Shown: piece by piece, positions 20,207 through 32,202 of the stretch
How the letters are laid out: the number at the start of each line of letters is the position of its first letter
Numbering within the stretch: the first letter of the stretch is position 1
Source of the DNA: Psilocybe cubensis
Lineage: Eukaryota
DNA length: 50,174 bases
Direction: 5' to 3'
NCBI GenBank assembly: GCA_017499595.2
Contig: JAFIQS020000017.1
Span: 62,001-112,174 of the forward strand
Position numbers and translations under genes: made by a program
The notes under the pieces: generated by a model
What the model was told of the DNA's origin: nothing
Seen by the model: the letters and a program-made list of their open reading frames with translations, nothing else
Database searches by the model: none

Positions 20207-23200
20207 TACGGTTGCCGCCTCAAACATGGTCTAACTTTCTTGCAGATCGTGGAATCTGAGTCCGTTTTTGTTAATCGGGGTCCCTTCCTCGTGGCATAAC
20301 TCTCCGTTACCTCTGTGACACCTTTTGTAGCTTTACAATCTCCGACACTGTACATGTTCTGCCGACCGCCGAGGCTATGAACAATCTAGTGCCATTACCG
20401 AAGTGTTACTGGCTGCTGGCACATGAGCCTGAACAAAATTGAAGTTGAAGTTAGAGTACCAGAATTATTCTATCAGTTTAATATGTAGAGCTGAGTTTGT
20501 ATTATATACATTATGGGAGGTCAGACGCAGAGGTGATTCTGCTCATCAGAAGCGTGGGAAGACGCAGAATCGCCTCTGAATCGTTCATCGGCAAAAGTGA
20601 CCAAGTCCCCAAATGCCTTAGTAAGGCATTTGGGGACGCCCAAAGGCCCCAAGGCGCAAATGGCCTTTTATATCGACTAAGTAGAGACTCGCAATTTTGA
20701 AAGGCTACAAATCCTTCACTAGAATGAATGTTTTATCAAAATCTAAATTTAATGAAATCATTTCGGTAAAATTTGGGAGACCCAAAAACATTTGGACAAC
20801 ATTTGAGTTGCATTTGAGAGACCCAAAAAAGATTTGAGGTTCACACAATGCTACAGCTTGTTTATTCTTATTTATAGCAGCCATTTCCCAATAATCACAC
20901 ACTTTGGAAATACTAACACAATAAAATTTGATTGACTACAATGGAGGGTACATAGAAACGAGTACAGATGACGATAATGGTCAACCAGACCCTGGGAGAC
21001 TCCGTGTGACCAGGTCACAATAACTCGTGTGATTTGAGATCTGGATCTGGATGTGTCACAGTGAGTCATGGTAAGCAAAATGCAAAATGTATGCGCATTT
21101 GATGCGCATATACTCACAATTAATTCAACATGCATGTCCGTAAGACTGTAATCTATACTTGATGGAAAGATGTATCAAAGTCGAAGGAGGAGCAAAGACA
21201 TAAAAGAAATTGTCAGTTGGGTTGCACTGGCAGTTGGGGATAATTGATTTACCTTGTGAGTTTAACTTTCAGGCCTATGTCATGTGCATGGGACACCAGA
21301 AGATTGTGTTGTCAGAACCAGGAGACATGAGAGTGAGGAAAGAAAGGAATTCGGGGCATGTCTCGAGTTATTATACACATAACATTGATTCAATCTCCGA
21401 CTTAATTTGTAATCAGACCTGGGAGGCTCTTTGTCGATGGCTAGACAGAAACGGTGGACTTTGCCTTAAATTGACATTGTGCGATGATACTGTGAATAAA
21501 TTTTTACATTGAAAAATCATTTTTTGCGCACTCTAAGGCCGGTAATCATTTGAGTGCATGTCAAGTTGAACTCAAGCTTTTCTTTTTCTTTTTATTTATG
21601 ATCAATCATTCACTCTAAGTTCTATGGCAAACCAATAATTGAGAAATAAGTGTAAGTATGTGAAATATTTAGTAATAACTTTTGGGCTCTACAAATGTTT
21701 TTGGAGCCTCCAAATGCCTTCTAAATGTTTTGGGTGCCTCCAAATTTTACCCAAATGTTTTGTGTGACATAATTATGTCACATGAATCATTGGCCTTCCT
21801 TAAAAGGCAGCAAAGGCATTTTGGGACTTGGTCACTTTTGCCGATGTTGAAGCGCCTCCGGAGCCGCTTCAATGATTCTGCATCTATGAATACAACAAGT
21901 TACAATGTCCAATTGAAAGAAGCCACTGGGCTGTTAGTATGGCTGTGTTTCTGCCATATTGGATAACAAGTCTGCTTTTCAGTTGCAGAGGTTACAAGTG
22001 AATTGACAAAATTAGTAGTCCTGGCTCATGCTGCTAAGGCGTAATCAACACTCACCTCCGTTTGTCAAGACTCAAAATTAAATATTCCGTGTCCGAGTCA
22101 AAGGTTTCCTCTTTTCCATCGTTCAACAATATGTCAAGGTTTCAATGTTTTTTTTCTTTTTGTTTCGTTGCCTCAGGGACGAGAGCAGCAGCTTCTGAGT
22201 ATTCCTCTTCCGATTTTTCATCTTCACAATGGTCTATATCTTCCTCAACTTCTCATGAGATGGCCCAAATCAAGAGTGGTGCAAACACTGTTATACACGC
22301 ATAGACTCTCGAGGTCCTTGATTGACATGTTGAATCACTAAAAAGTTGCTTTTTCCAATTGTCTATTTTCCTGTTGCTTCCATGTCAAAAGCTTGCAAAC
22401 CAGAAATTTAATGGTTATGAAAGAACATTCAGTTTGTTACTTATAACTGCCTGTCTACAGTGGTCAACATACGTGCGTTCTTGAGGGGAGAACATGCAAC
22501 CATTATGGTTCGAACCTGACGGATAGAAATGGAAACGAACCCCCGAGTTTATCAGAACACGAGGCAGAAACAAGCAAAAACTTAAATTGAAGGGTGATCG
22601 GTATTACATGTTGCTTGTATCCTATGTCCAATTTCTGAGTCACATTCACACTTTCTGGTAAAGCACCTTTTTATAATGTGAAAAATGACATTTCTCATAG
22701 TCCAATTTATGAGCAGTATATAATACAACCTAATTAACCTACTTGTAAGCTGTGTAGAATAAGGGCCAAATTTTACAGCATAGGAATACGCTGGAAGACG
22801 GCGTTGTACACCACCGACTTAAACAAACACACAAAATGCTCCATCTAAACGGGGACATGGCGGCATGCCTGTCTCAAGGTTGGAGGGTAGCCGACGGCAA
22901 GGGAGGTGTAATACGTGGTGACTTGTGGTGTTGTACAGCAAGATAAGAAATTTTACTCACCTGCTTTGGCCTGTATGTCAACCTGTTAGTGAACGAGGAG
23001 GTGGGGTAAGGACATTTCGGAGAAGCACCTCGAGGCTCGCTCTGGGCTTGCTCACAGGATAGAGGTTGGAATTTGAAACTCCGACTGCCCCCGAGCCGGC
23101 CAACCACAGTCACACACAAGAGGGTCTGAACAGCAGTTCTACCTGACGTGACAAACAGGAAAGTAACGCAGTGCCAGGACCCCCATCCACCGCTTCTTGA

Positions 23201-23248
23201 TAGCGGAACAGTTGCCTTATGTAGACCATGTTTGAGGCGGCAACCGTA
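20207..23248. mobile_element. Non-autonomous TIR DNA transposon with TAC...GTA ends and 6-bp TSD (IS3EU-like)
   Basis: Perfect 27-bp TIR tacggttgccgcctcaaacatggtcta (20207-20233 / 23222-23248). Direct repeat CGTGAG at 20201-20206 and 23249-23254. No intact transposase ORF. Confidence 0.85.
20586..21846. mobile_element. Nested non-autonomous TIR element (CA...TG ends, possible 2-bp TSD, subterminal repeats; CMC-like)
   Basis: 34-bp TIR catcggcaaaagtgaccaagtccc(c/a)aaatgcctt with 1 mismatch; TT on both flanks; mirrored CAAATG-type subterminal repeat blocks at about 20765-20840 and 21680-21760. Confidence 0.7.
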
Positions 23249-23829
23249 CGTGAGTCCAAATGGTTCTTCATCTCCAATGCCATCGGCCCGAGAAGCTCTT
23301 AAACTCTGGGTGGCCGTTGAGCAGCGTCATGGCGTCAAAAGCAACAGGAACGTTTACGTGATTTTCGCGATGCCATCTTGATCAATGTGCTCTTGTGAAC
23401 GAATATCACTCATTTCAGTATCTAGTTCAGCTGAAGGAAATATCGATCAATAATTAGACTACGATAGGTAATTTGAACGTAACGGACCTTCATATGACCA
23501 GTCCACGCTGTCATTGACAAGATAGAAGCACTGGATGGAAGCTCAAGAGTAAATGGGCGCCTACTCCACGGAAACTTGTAATGGTGATTTAAATACCGTT
23601 TTCGCTACAGCATATATATCCCTTTACAATTCTTCTTCCATTGACACACCCGACATGTATTAAGTTAAACTTCTCACCTTCTATATTAACATCCGATTAC
23701 TCATTGTGAGTGAAAAAATCGATAAGACTATTGAGCCCACACTGATGAAAGCGAAAGCTGTCTGTCTTATTTAATGTGAGATACAGGTTTTTCATCATCC
23801 AAAAGCACCCCACGATCTATTTGTTCTCA

Positions 23830-24995
23830 ATGGATACTGGTTCCCCCCGCTCCCGTCCTCACGAACAAGAATGCGAAAGGGAACTTGTTCGATTATTGGT
23901 AGAACACGGCGCTACAGATCTTGAACGCTTGATTATCCTGCAAGACAAGGTAAGTCCTCCCGCAGCTACTCATTCACCCATCAACGAGAACTTATGGTAC
24001 ATCTGCAGGGATGGAATGATACCACTACAGAACTTCATTTTTGCAAACAGCGCCACACTTCTGATACCTGCTCGCCCAAGCTCAACCTCATCTGGTTTAA
24101 GAGAATGAAAATTCTGTTTCGAGAGATAGATAGTAATGTTGATGTTGTTTCCTTTACCCATGGTTTGGTCTTCCTCGACTTGGGGTATCTATGTTTCGAT
24201 CGCATTTTAGCAGGAATACATGGACTAACTGATCCTTTACCCAGGTGCTCTCCTGGTGGATTCTCCTCGTAAATTTTAGAGAACAATCCCAACGCCATTG
24301 GTACAGGTGTATCCCTACCTGTAGAAGAGGGCGGACATGAGTTTTTACTGGAAAGTGACTACCTCACGCGGTTCCACTTGCTCTCAGCCAACCTCACCTA
24401 CTTCGAGCTTGGTCCACACTGCAACGACACAGTTGAGCTCCATCGTCTGCCGATGTACATGTCGGTACCAGTTTTCGATCTTGTACTGTTGGACGGACAC
24501 CAACTACGCACCCAGACGACCTCCGTCCCGTGGGATCGTGACAGGCTTCTGATCTCCCAGGTGATAATAGGGTTAAAGTCAGTCAGACAAGGTGGTACGC
24601 TCGTCGTTAAACTTCCTCTACCGCATCGCCATATTGCTGCACGGATCATCTTCCTCCTCCGCATCTTATCAAACGAGCTGGTAGGATGGAAGCCACTTTG
24701 CATGCATGCCAACCGCGGTCAGTTCTACGCTGTTGCAAAAGGCGTTGGCGAAGGAAAGTCGGGTGGAAATTTACAGAATTATATTGAAAAACTAGGCTTA
24801 TTATGGTCCGCGTTGACATTTGGAGGGGAGGATAACGTGGGGAGAGCCATGGTTCCAGAGGATTTAGACTTTATTATATCGATGAACGATCTCAGGGACC
24901 ATCACTTGGAGTGGTTGTTGGAATACGGCAAACCATTCTGGAAAGTTCAGGCAAATGCTATGGAAAGGTTCTACTTGAAGAAAGGTATATATTAG
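23830..24995 (+). pseudogene. FtsJ/RrmJ-like SAM-dependent methyltransferase with an in-frame premature stop; exons 23830-23949, 24009-24184, 24245-24995
   Basis: The spliced motif is FLDLG|CSPGGFSS*ILENNP...GVSLP..GGH, followed by FDLVLLDG and GGTLVVKL. TAA at 24270-24272, with the same frame staying open to 24995. Confidence 0.75.
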
Positions 24996-25160
24996 CATAT
25001 GTATACCTTATTCAACCATTTGCACCTGAAGGGCTGTGGCAGTGATATTGTAAAAATTAAAATGCGCGAATAATAGCTTGGAGTTCAGGTGATATATTGG
25101 GATGTCGCGTCGCCACATGGTGAAATGGGGAACAACAGGAGGCAGGCCGAGCTTATTAGC

Positions 25161-26830
25161 GCAAGCTGATAAGATCTCTCTGATTACCCACGGATGTGCA
25201 CACAAAAACGTAATCACACAGAGTTGGATCTTGTTATCTGGTGTCTAAGATATTCTCAGGCTTTTTGACACTGTAACAAATCCGTACTTTTGCCGATGAT
25301 GAAGATTCGAGTCAGCACCCAGTCCTTTAAAATACCCTTTAGTGAGTTCACTACGATGTACAATCGTTTGAGATATAGGTGTGATATATGCACTCAGATC
25401 CCAGTGGCCAGTGCGCGCTGTGGTGTCCTGCTCCGGTTAAAGAACAATTATGCATGTGAGTCGATTATCAGATGTTGGTCATATCAACACGTTGTTAGAC
25501 AAATCAGAGCCCAGTTGTTCGGATTAAGAGATGGAGCCTGGGATTTTCCATACACACATTAGAGTGCCATTGTTCCCTTTCGACAGATTATTCCTCCCCT
25601 CTTCCATTACCCGTCAACCGCTCAAGGTCCAAATCATGCCATATTTCTTCAATTTGTCTGATTCAGAAAGCATGGGAGTTACTGCCCGCAACACAGCACC
25701 CGATGCCGTCGACGGTACTTCCTATCTTCTGGATAACGGGACAAGTAAGTTTGTTCAACTATTAATCTAATAACCATTACCAATCTTGTCATTCCCAGAC
25801 CTAATGCTTGACCAGCATACGGCGCCCGTCGAAAACGCGGATGGCAATAAGTTGTCAGTCTTACCAGTACATTCACAACTGATTTCGCTTAAAAGACCAT
25901 GATTTTCAGGTCATCTTTCCTATCTCCCCACATAGAGGGTTGCGCTGATGCAGCCCAACATCAGGGCTTATTTTCCGACAATGCTCGGCCATGGTTCGAG
26001 TTGGGTGAGGATTCCAACACCCATCATCCATCAACATCTTTGTCCACAGAAAGAGAGGAGAAAAAAAGGTGTACAAGTGAATCTATCAACGATGGACGCG
26101 AAGAACTCCGCTCCAGGCTCACAAACGAGCTTGTAGAGCGACAAGACGTCAACGAAGCCCAAAGGAATGATGGAGGGTATGCCGTTTTTTCCTCCTCTCT
26201 ATGAAGTAGACATTGACATTGCGTTATCATATGCAGATACGGCGGGCGGAGAGAGATAGGGCCCAGCCAAACAATTGGAAGGTATGGTCAGCAGCAATGA
26301 CTTCAAGGCTGCGAGCTCACGAGGAAAATGTTCGTTCTAGGGGTGAAAGCGCGCCTCGAATCGAAGAGACGACGCAATGAGTTGGACTCAGAAGGCTATC
26401 GCCGATACAAGAAGCCCAGGACGACAGAGTCCCCAGATTCCGCGTGTGGTCTCGGACAACAGAGGTACTGGGCATTCCGCATCGTCCAGATAAGATTGCA
26501 ACTTACGTGCTGTAGTTATTAAAGGATTGGGAGCCCCGAAGTATCCAAAAGAAAGGGTCTATGGGATGCAAAAATTCAAAGGCAGCTCAGTGACGGGGTA
26601 TCGGTGGAACCAATCGTCTACGATAGTCTGTAGGCAGTAGGGTACGTCGTCGACGGTAGTGAAAGCCCATTTTTTTTATCTTATCAGTCTCGCTCATCGA
26701 TGGGCGGCATTAATTTCTCACGGTAAATTCCGGCGCATCAATGTTCTTATTAAAAGCAAAGTTGCTTGTCTTAATTATACGTGGATTTTTTCCTGTAATC
26801 CTCTTCATGATTCCATTTCTCGGATCTTTG
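25161..26830 (+). pseudogene. Internally deleted, degenerate paralog of the gene at 27557-29348 (copy A of a tandem duplication)
   Basis: Colinear similarity to about 27010-29720 (e.g. 25161~27010, 25530~27452, 26185~28846, 26690~29588) but lacks the equivalent of about 27575-28315. Boundaries are approximate. Confidence 0.55.
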
Positions 26831-27556
26831 TGGCATTCAGAAAGCAACACTTTCCTTTAAAATGGTCATTTATTGCCACTTTATTGCCACAATTATTGAC
26901 ATTTGTCCTTTCTGACCTTTTGACTACTGCGACGAACAATGTCCCAGGAATCAACAGTGAAAAAAAATATTGTCTTCCAGCCATTACTCCCAGGTTACTG
27001 CTTACATGCGCAAACTGATAAAATCTCTCTGATTCCCCACGGATGTGCACACAACAACGTAACCACACAGCATTGGGTGTCGTTATCAGATGTCGAAGTA
27101 TTCTCAGGCATTTTGACAGCGTGACAAATTTATACTTTTGCCGACGACGAAGATTCGAGTCAGTGCCCAGTTCTTGAAAACACCCTGTAGACCGATTTTC
27201 AGTAGTTAAAAGATAACGGTGCGAATTAAGCAATTAAACAAGATCACGTCGTTGTTCGCCATGAGGTTGAGTGAACGAGACTTCAGACTCTTAACATGCG
27301 CCTTGTTCAAGGTTGTAAAGTCAGAGCGCAGTCTTGCATATACCTCCTGTGCACCAGTAAAGAAGACTCTGGCATGGGAATCGATCATCAAATCTTCGTA
27401 ATACCTACACGTTGTAAGCGTAAGTCATAACCCAGTTCACCGGATTAAGAGCTGGAGCCTGGGAATTTCTAAACACATATTTGAGTACCATTGTTCTCTT
27501 TCTACAGATTAGTCCTCCCCTTTTCCACCATCCGTCAACCACTCAACGTCCCAATT

Positions 27557-29348
27557 ATGCCATATTCCGATTTCACTTTGGCTGACCTGCAAGACTACGC
27601 GCCACAAAACCCATGCGATGACAACCGCGACCTTGGTGCATTGAGTGGCGCTTCGTATGGAGCCGGAGACAGTAATCCCGTCGAAGCCATCGATGCACCT
27701 CTTCCTGACCCTACCTTTCAATTCTGTGCGGATGTGTTGCGCAGTATATCGCGAATTTTTCCAGGCCTACCCACCTACCATAAAGGTAAAGATGAAAGAG
27801 GGGCTACCATTGATGAGGTCAACGTACAAGCTCCAGCCACGAGTGGCGCGAGCTCGAGACATCAGGATAATCACCAACTAATTCCTGGTGAAATCGAGGA
27901 TTCACACCACCGTCATACTCTATATGCCACTCCCTCGGCATATAACAGCAATCAATATGAGGTACTATCCCCTCCAGCGGTGGTACCTGTACACATGAGC
28001 TCCTTTCCGGTGCTAATCAATTGTCGGGATACGACTTCTTTAGGCAGTAGGCATGAACCGTCAGTCCTCAAATCCCATATGTGATATCCCGATTGACAAC
28101 AATTTTCTCATTTAGATCAGCATCACCTTCAATACCGTCAATGGGACAGCCAGGTCTCTCTAATTGGCATCAAGGTCAATTCGACGAGCCGTTCCAGCCA
28201 TCGATTGACCGGAGTGTATGGCCGGAGCACGATATGGCGGGTGCGTCTTGTGGTGATTTGTTTTTTAAATATAATTACTCATTAATTTGTATACATACAG
28301 CACCATCCGCGCTTCACCTGGATTCAGAAAGGGCGGGTTTTCCTACCCACCAAACAGTACCCGATGCCTTCGACGGTACTTTGAGTCATCGGGATAACGG
28401 GAAGAGTATGTTTGTTCAACTATAAGCCTAATGATAATTGCTACTCTCATCATTCGCAGACCTAATGGTTGACCAGCATACGGCGCCCGTCGAGAATGTC
28501 GATGGCAATGAAATGTCAGTCTTACCAGCACATTCGCAACAGATTTCGCTGAAAGGACCTTTACTTTTAGGTCGTCTTCCCTATCTCCCCACATAGGGGG
28601 TCGCGCTGATGCAGCCCAGCACCAAGTAATATTTTCCGACAATGCTTGGTCATGGGTCGAGTTGGGTGAGGGTCCAAACACCCATTATCCAACAACATCT
28701 TTCTCCTTATTAAGAGAGGAGAAAGAGAATTGCACATCTACATCCATCAGGGATGGACACGAAGAACACCGCTCCAGGCTCACAAACGAGCCTGTAGAGC
28801 GACAATACGTCGACAAAGCCCAAAAGAATGATGGAGGGTATGCCATTTTTTCCTCCTCTCTATGAAGTAGACATTGACATTGCGTTATCATATGCAGATA
28901 CGGCGGGCGGAGAGAGATAGGGCCCAGCCAAACAATTGGAAGGTATGATCAACAGCAATGACTTCGAAGCTGCGAGCTCACGAGGAAAAATGTTTGTTCC
29001 AGTGGGGAAAGTGGATCTCGAAAGAGACAACACGAGGAGTCGGACTCGGAGATTGAGTCTGCTGGAGGCTCCCATAAGCCCAAAAAGTCCAAGGTGAAGG
29101 AGTCCCTGGACTCCGTACCAGGAGACCGAAGCACAGGGGTGCAGGGAGCCAGGGGGAAGCGCAGAAACCTGAACCCGAGGGCTCCAGCAATGATGAAGTC
29201 GTACGCACACGACTTAACGCCGTTGGCGACGTCGGAGGCCAAGCAAGGTGGGTTCATCCCATTCGTCGCCGCAGAGACAAAGGCGGCTAGCAAGGCGTTT
29301 GCTCACCATCAAATGTCCGTCAACATGGAAAATATGACAATAGTGTAA
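27557..29348 (+). CDS. Multi-exon low-complexity protein of unknown function with basic NLS-like patches (copy B)
   Basis: ATG at 27557 and several ORF pieces separated by short GT-AG introns. The last two introns splice in frame to ...KRQHEESDSE...KPKKSK...GKRR... Middle exons were not fully resolved. Confidence 0.5.
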
Positions 29349-29949
29349 GTGCTTTCTTGATTCCGCATCGCCCAGATAAGATAATGACTCATATGCCGTG
29401 ATTTTCAAAGGACTGGTCGCCCCGATGCACCACAAAGAAAAGGTTCCAGGGGACGCCGGAAGTCGAAGGCCACTCAGTGATGTGGTATCGGAGGACACCA
29501 TCGCGTACGATAGTCAGTAGTCGGTAGGGCACATCGTCGACGGCGGTGGAATGCCATTTTTTTCGATCTCGCACTTTTTATCACTCCCACTCATCGATGA
29601 GCCGCGTTGATTTCTCACGGTGAGTTTCGGCAGCGATGTTCGCTGCAAAAATTACCCATTACTTATTCTTCGTGACTTTTTTCATTGATTATCTTCTTGA
29701 TTCTGTTTTACCTATTGATGTGAAGCTATGAAAGTCCTTAAATTACCCCCCGAACGCCAGCTAGACATCACGATGCAGTATGCTGCCCTGAAGAAGTTTC
29801 TCAATCACTTGATTATACAAGACGGTGAAATAAAAGTTGGAGTAAAGTAACAACGCTGAGGTACTATATTGATTTTAACTCGTAATTGTAAAGGCTGCCG
29901 AACAGTCGTCTTCAATCATGACTTGATAACTTTTTGAAGTCATGGGTAT

Positions 29950-31112
29950 CTAGTAACTCGTGGGAAATTGTTCACTGCTGATTTTCGTATTCATGATGTC
30001 CGCAATAGTGATACGTCCCACAAGAATTGTCGGGGATATTCCCTGGGTTAGGTTAGTTATGAGGTGAGATAAATAAAATTTCAACTCACTGCAGTAATTG
30101 GAAGCACTACGGCCAAATAATATGTCAATTGGAAAAGTTTTGGAGCATTCAAGTCATTAAATGCTGGTATAACAGAGGTAATTCCATTCATTAGGATAAT
30201 CAAGGTGTAGCCAACGGATGACTCGATTAAGAGAAGAATTATACGCCTAAAAACCTTTTTGCGGTAGGTACTGATTCCTCGTGTCGTCCAGTACATCTTA
30301 TATCCAATGAGCGAAGTCGTCAAAAAAGTGACCCCCAATGATATGAATGTAAAGGCGCCATTGACATTATTTACCAAGGCCGGGCTCTGTATCGTTCTGG
30401 AAGCCAGTACAGTGTCAGCTATTACAAGGACTATATGAAAAGGATTTATTACTGATCTGACGTAAGAAGTATAAGACATACCAATTTCTACCGCAATGAT
30501 TACCAGGGTTATGCAAAATACTCCAAGCTTTTGGTCCCATAAACGGTAGCATCTCCACAGCTGTTAAGAAAATACATATTGATTTTGTTCAAACACGTAG
30601 TGCATTTGAAAGGAAATGCACCCACCAGTAGACCATCAGCTACGATGATCGATGAATCGTTCACAAATTGAAGAAACAGACTGTTCTTTTTTGTGGGATT
30701 CATTAACAATAAAAATGACAATGCTATGCTTTCTGCTTGAACAACAGACGAATTGGTCCGGTTCCACATGGTCATGACCGAGCAGAAGGAAAGCAAGTAT
30801 AACAGTGATACCACAATTAAAATATATCGTCGAATACCCTTTGCGGGTTGCTTGGTGTCTGAAGAATTTGTCATCCTTTCCAGTGTTCAAAACGATATTC
30901 AAAGGGCTTACAATATAGGTAGACAGTCACCAAAAACACCACAGTGTATACGCCTGTCTGAAATTGGTAGCAAGCTCTAGAGTGTGAATACATAGGAGAT
31001 CACCTAAGAGGAAGCCCGCAAGCATCGTAGCATTTATGCCACTGGAGATGACAGCAACTTGCGAGTCTCGATGGATGGTAATGTTCATTTCGACAGGAGA
31101 AAACCCTTCCAT
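29950..31112 (-). CDS. Agaricomycete-type 7-transmembrane protein, paralog 1
   Basis: Spliced motifs ADGLL|LWRCY, LIESSVGYTL, GISPTILVGRI; seven hydrophobic segments; intron positions shared with the other paralogs. Confidence 0.8.
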
Positions 31113-31330
31113 TTACACGATTCTGCTCTCATAATATAGTACTAGACCATTTGATATCAATCCTCGTGTTATGTCACCATGGAGAGAAGATAGATGTCAT
31201 CAGGAACGAATACCTTGATTCATTGAGCACATCAGTGATGTATTTGTATAAATCAGAAACGTCGTATTTTTAACTATTCAGGATGCCATAGTAGCTGTGA
31301 TCATAAAATATCCATCCTAATATGTGAGTC

Positions 31331-31480
31331 CTCTCTGCGTCTGTACCTCATCAATCACAGCATAATTCCGTTTGTGTTTCAAAACAAAACACAAAGGTTC
31401 TAATATATGAGGCCTCTCTGTGTCTGTACCTCATCAATCACAACATCATTCTGTTCGTGTTTCAAAACGAAACACCAAGG
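31331..31480. repeat. Two-copy diverged direct repeat, about 83-bp period
   Basis: ctctctg(c/t)gtctgtacctcatcaatcac...gtgtttcaaaac(a/g)aaacac at 31331 and 31414. Confidence 0.85.
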
Positions 31481-32202
31481 CTGGATGAAAAACTTTGGAA
31501 GGTTTTTGATGATGATTTTACAGAGCATGGAAAACATTGAGTCGGATAAGTTTTGGAATAGTAGGTTGAGATTTGCACGTCTGCTAGTTATTGATGTGGG
31601 CCTCCTCAAATTAAACCTTTGTGTTGCGATTAAACAGAAAGGATATCTCCGGAGTGCACCGAACACCACTGACCTGTCTGAGTAGATGGCCCAACAAGAG
31701 GACGTTTTCTGGAGCAAATTGCGAATATTAGATTTTATACTTGAACTTTGGCTGACAATTCCCCATCAATCGCGATGATTATTCTGCAAAATATTTCTTT
31801 GAAATGCTTTGAGGTGACCTTTGAGCGACAACGGCATCTCGCATGCCGAACAAAGGTCACGTGTAGTTTGAACTTGGCAAAATTCGCATTGAAATGCCCA
31901 CGAATCTGCCGAATCTCAAGCTTCGTCGTTTCCAATCGTTTAGGAGAAGGAAGGGCAGACGGCTCCGCTGGCTACCAACCGTCTCATGCCGGCCATGTCT
32001 CCTTCTCCAATGACACAGCCTTGACCCGCGTCTTGGGCCTCTGCAGTCGACAACCTGTGTTTTTCCAGTGTAGACCTCTACTTGTCTGCCAGCTGCGCAG
32101 GTATGTGGGTTATACAAGGATGCGCTGCAGCATAAAGAAGGCCTACAAGCTCCCAGTCATCCTTTCCTTAGCACCCACCTCTCGTTGGGAGCACCAAAGC
32201 CA

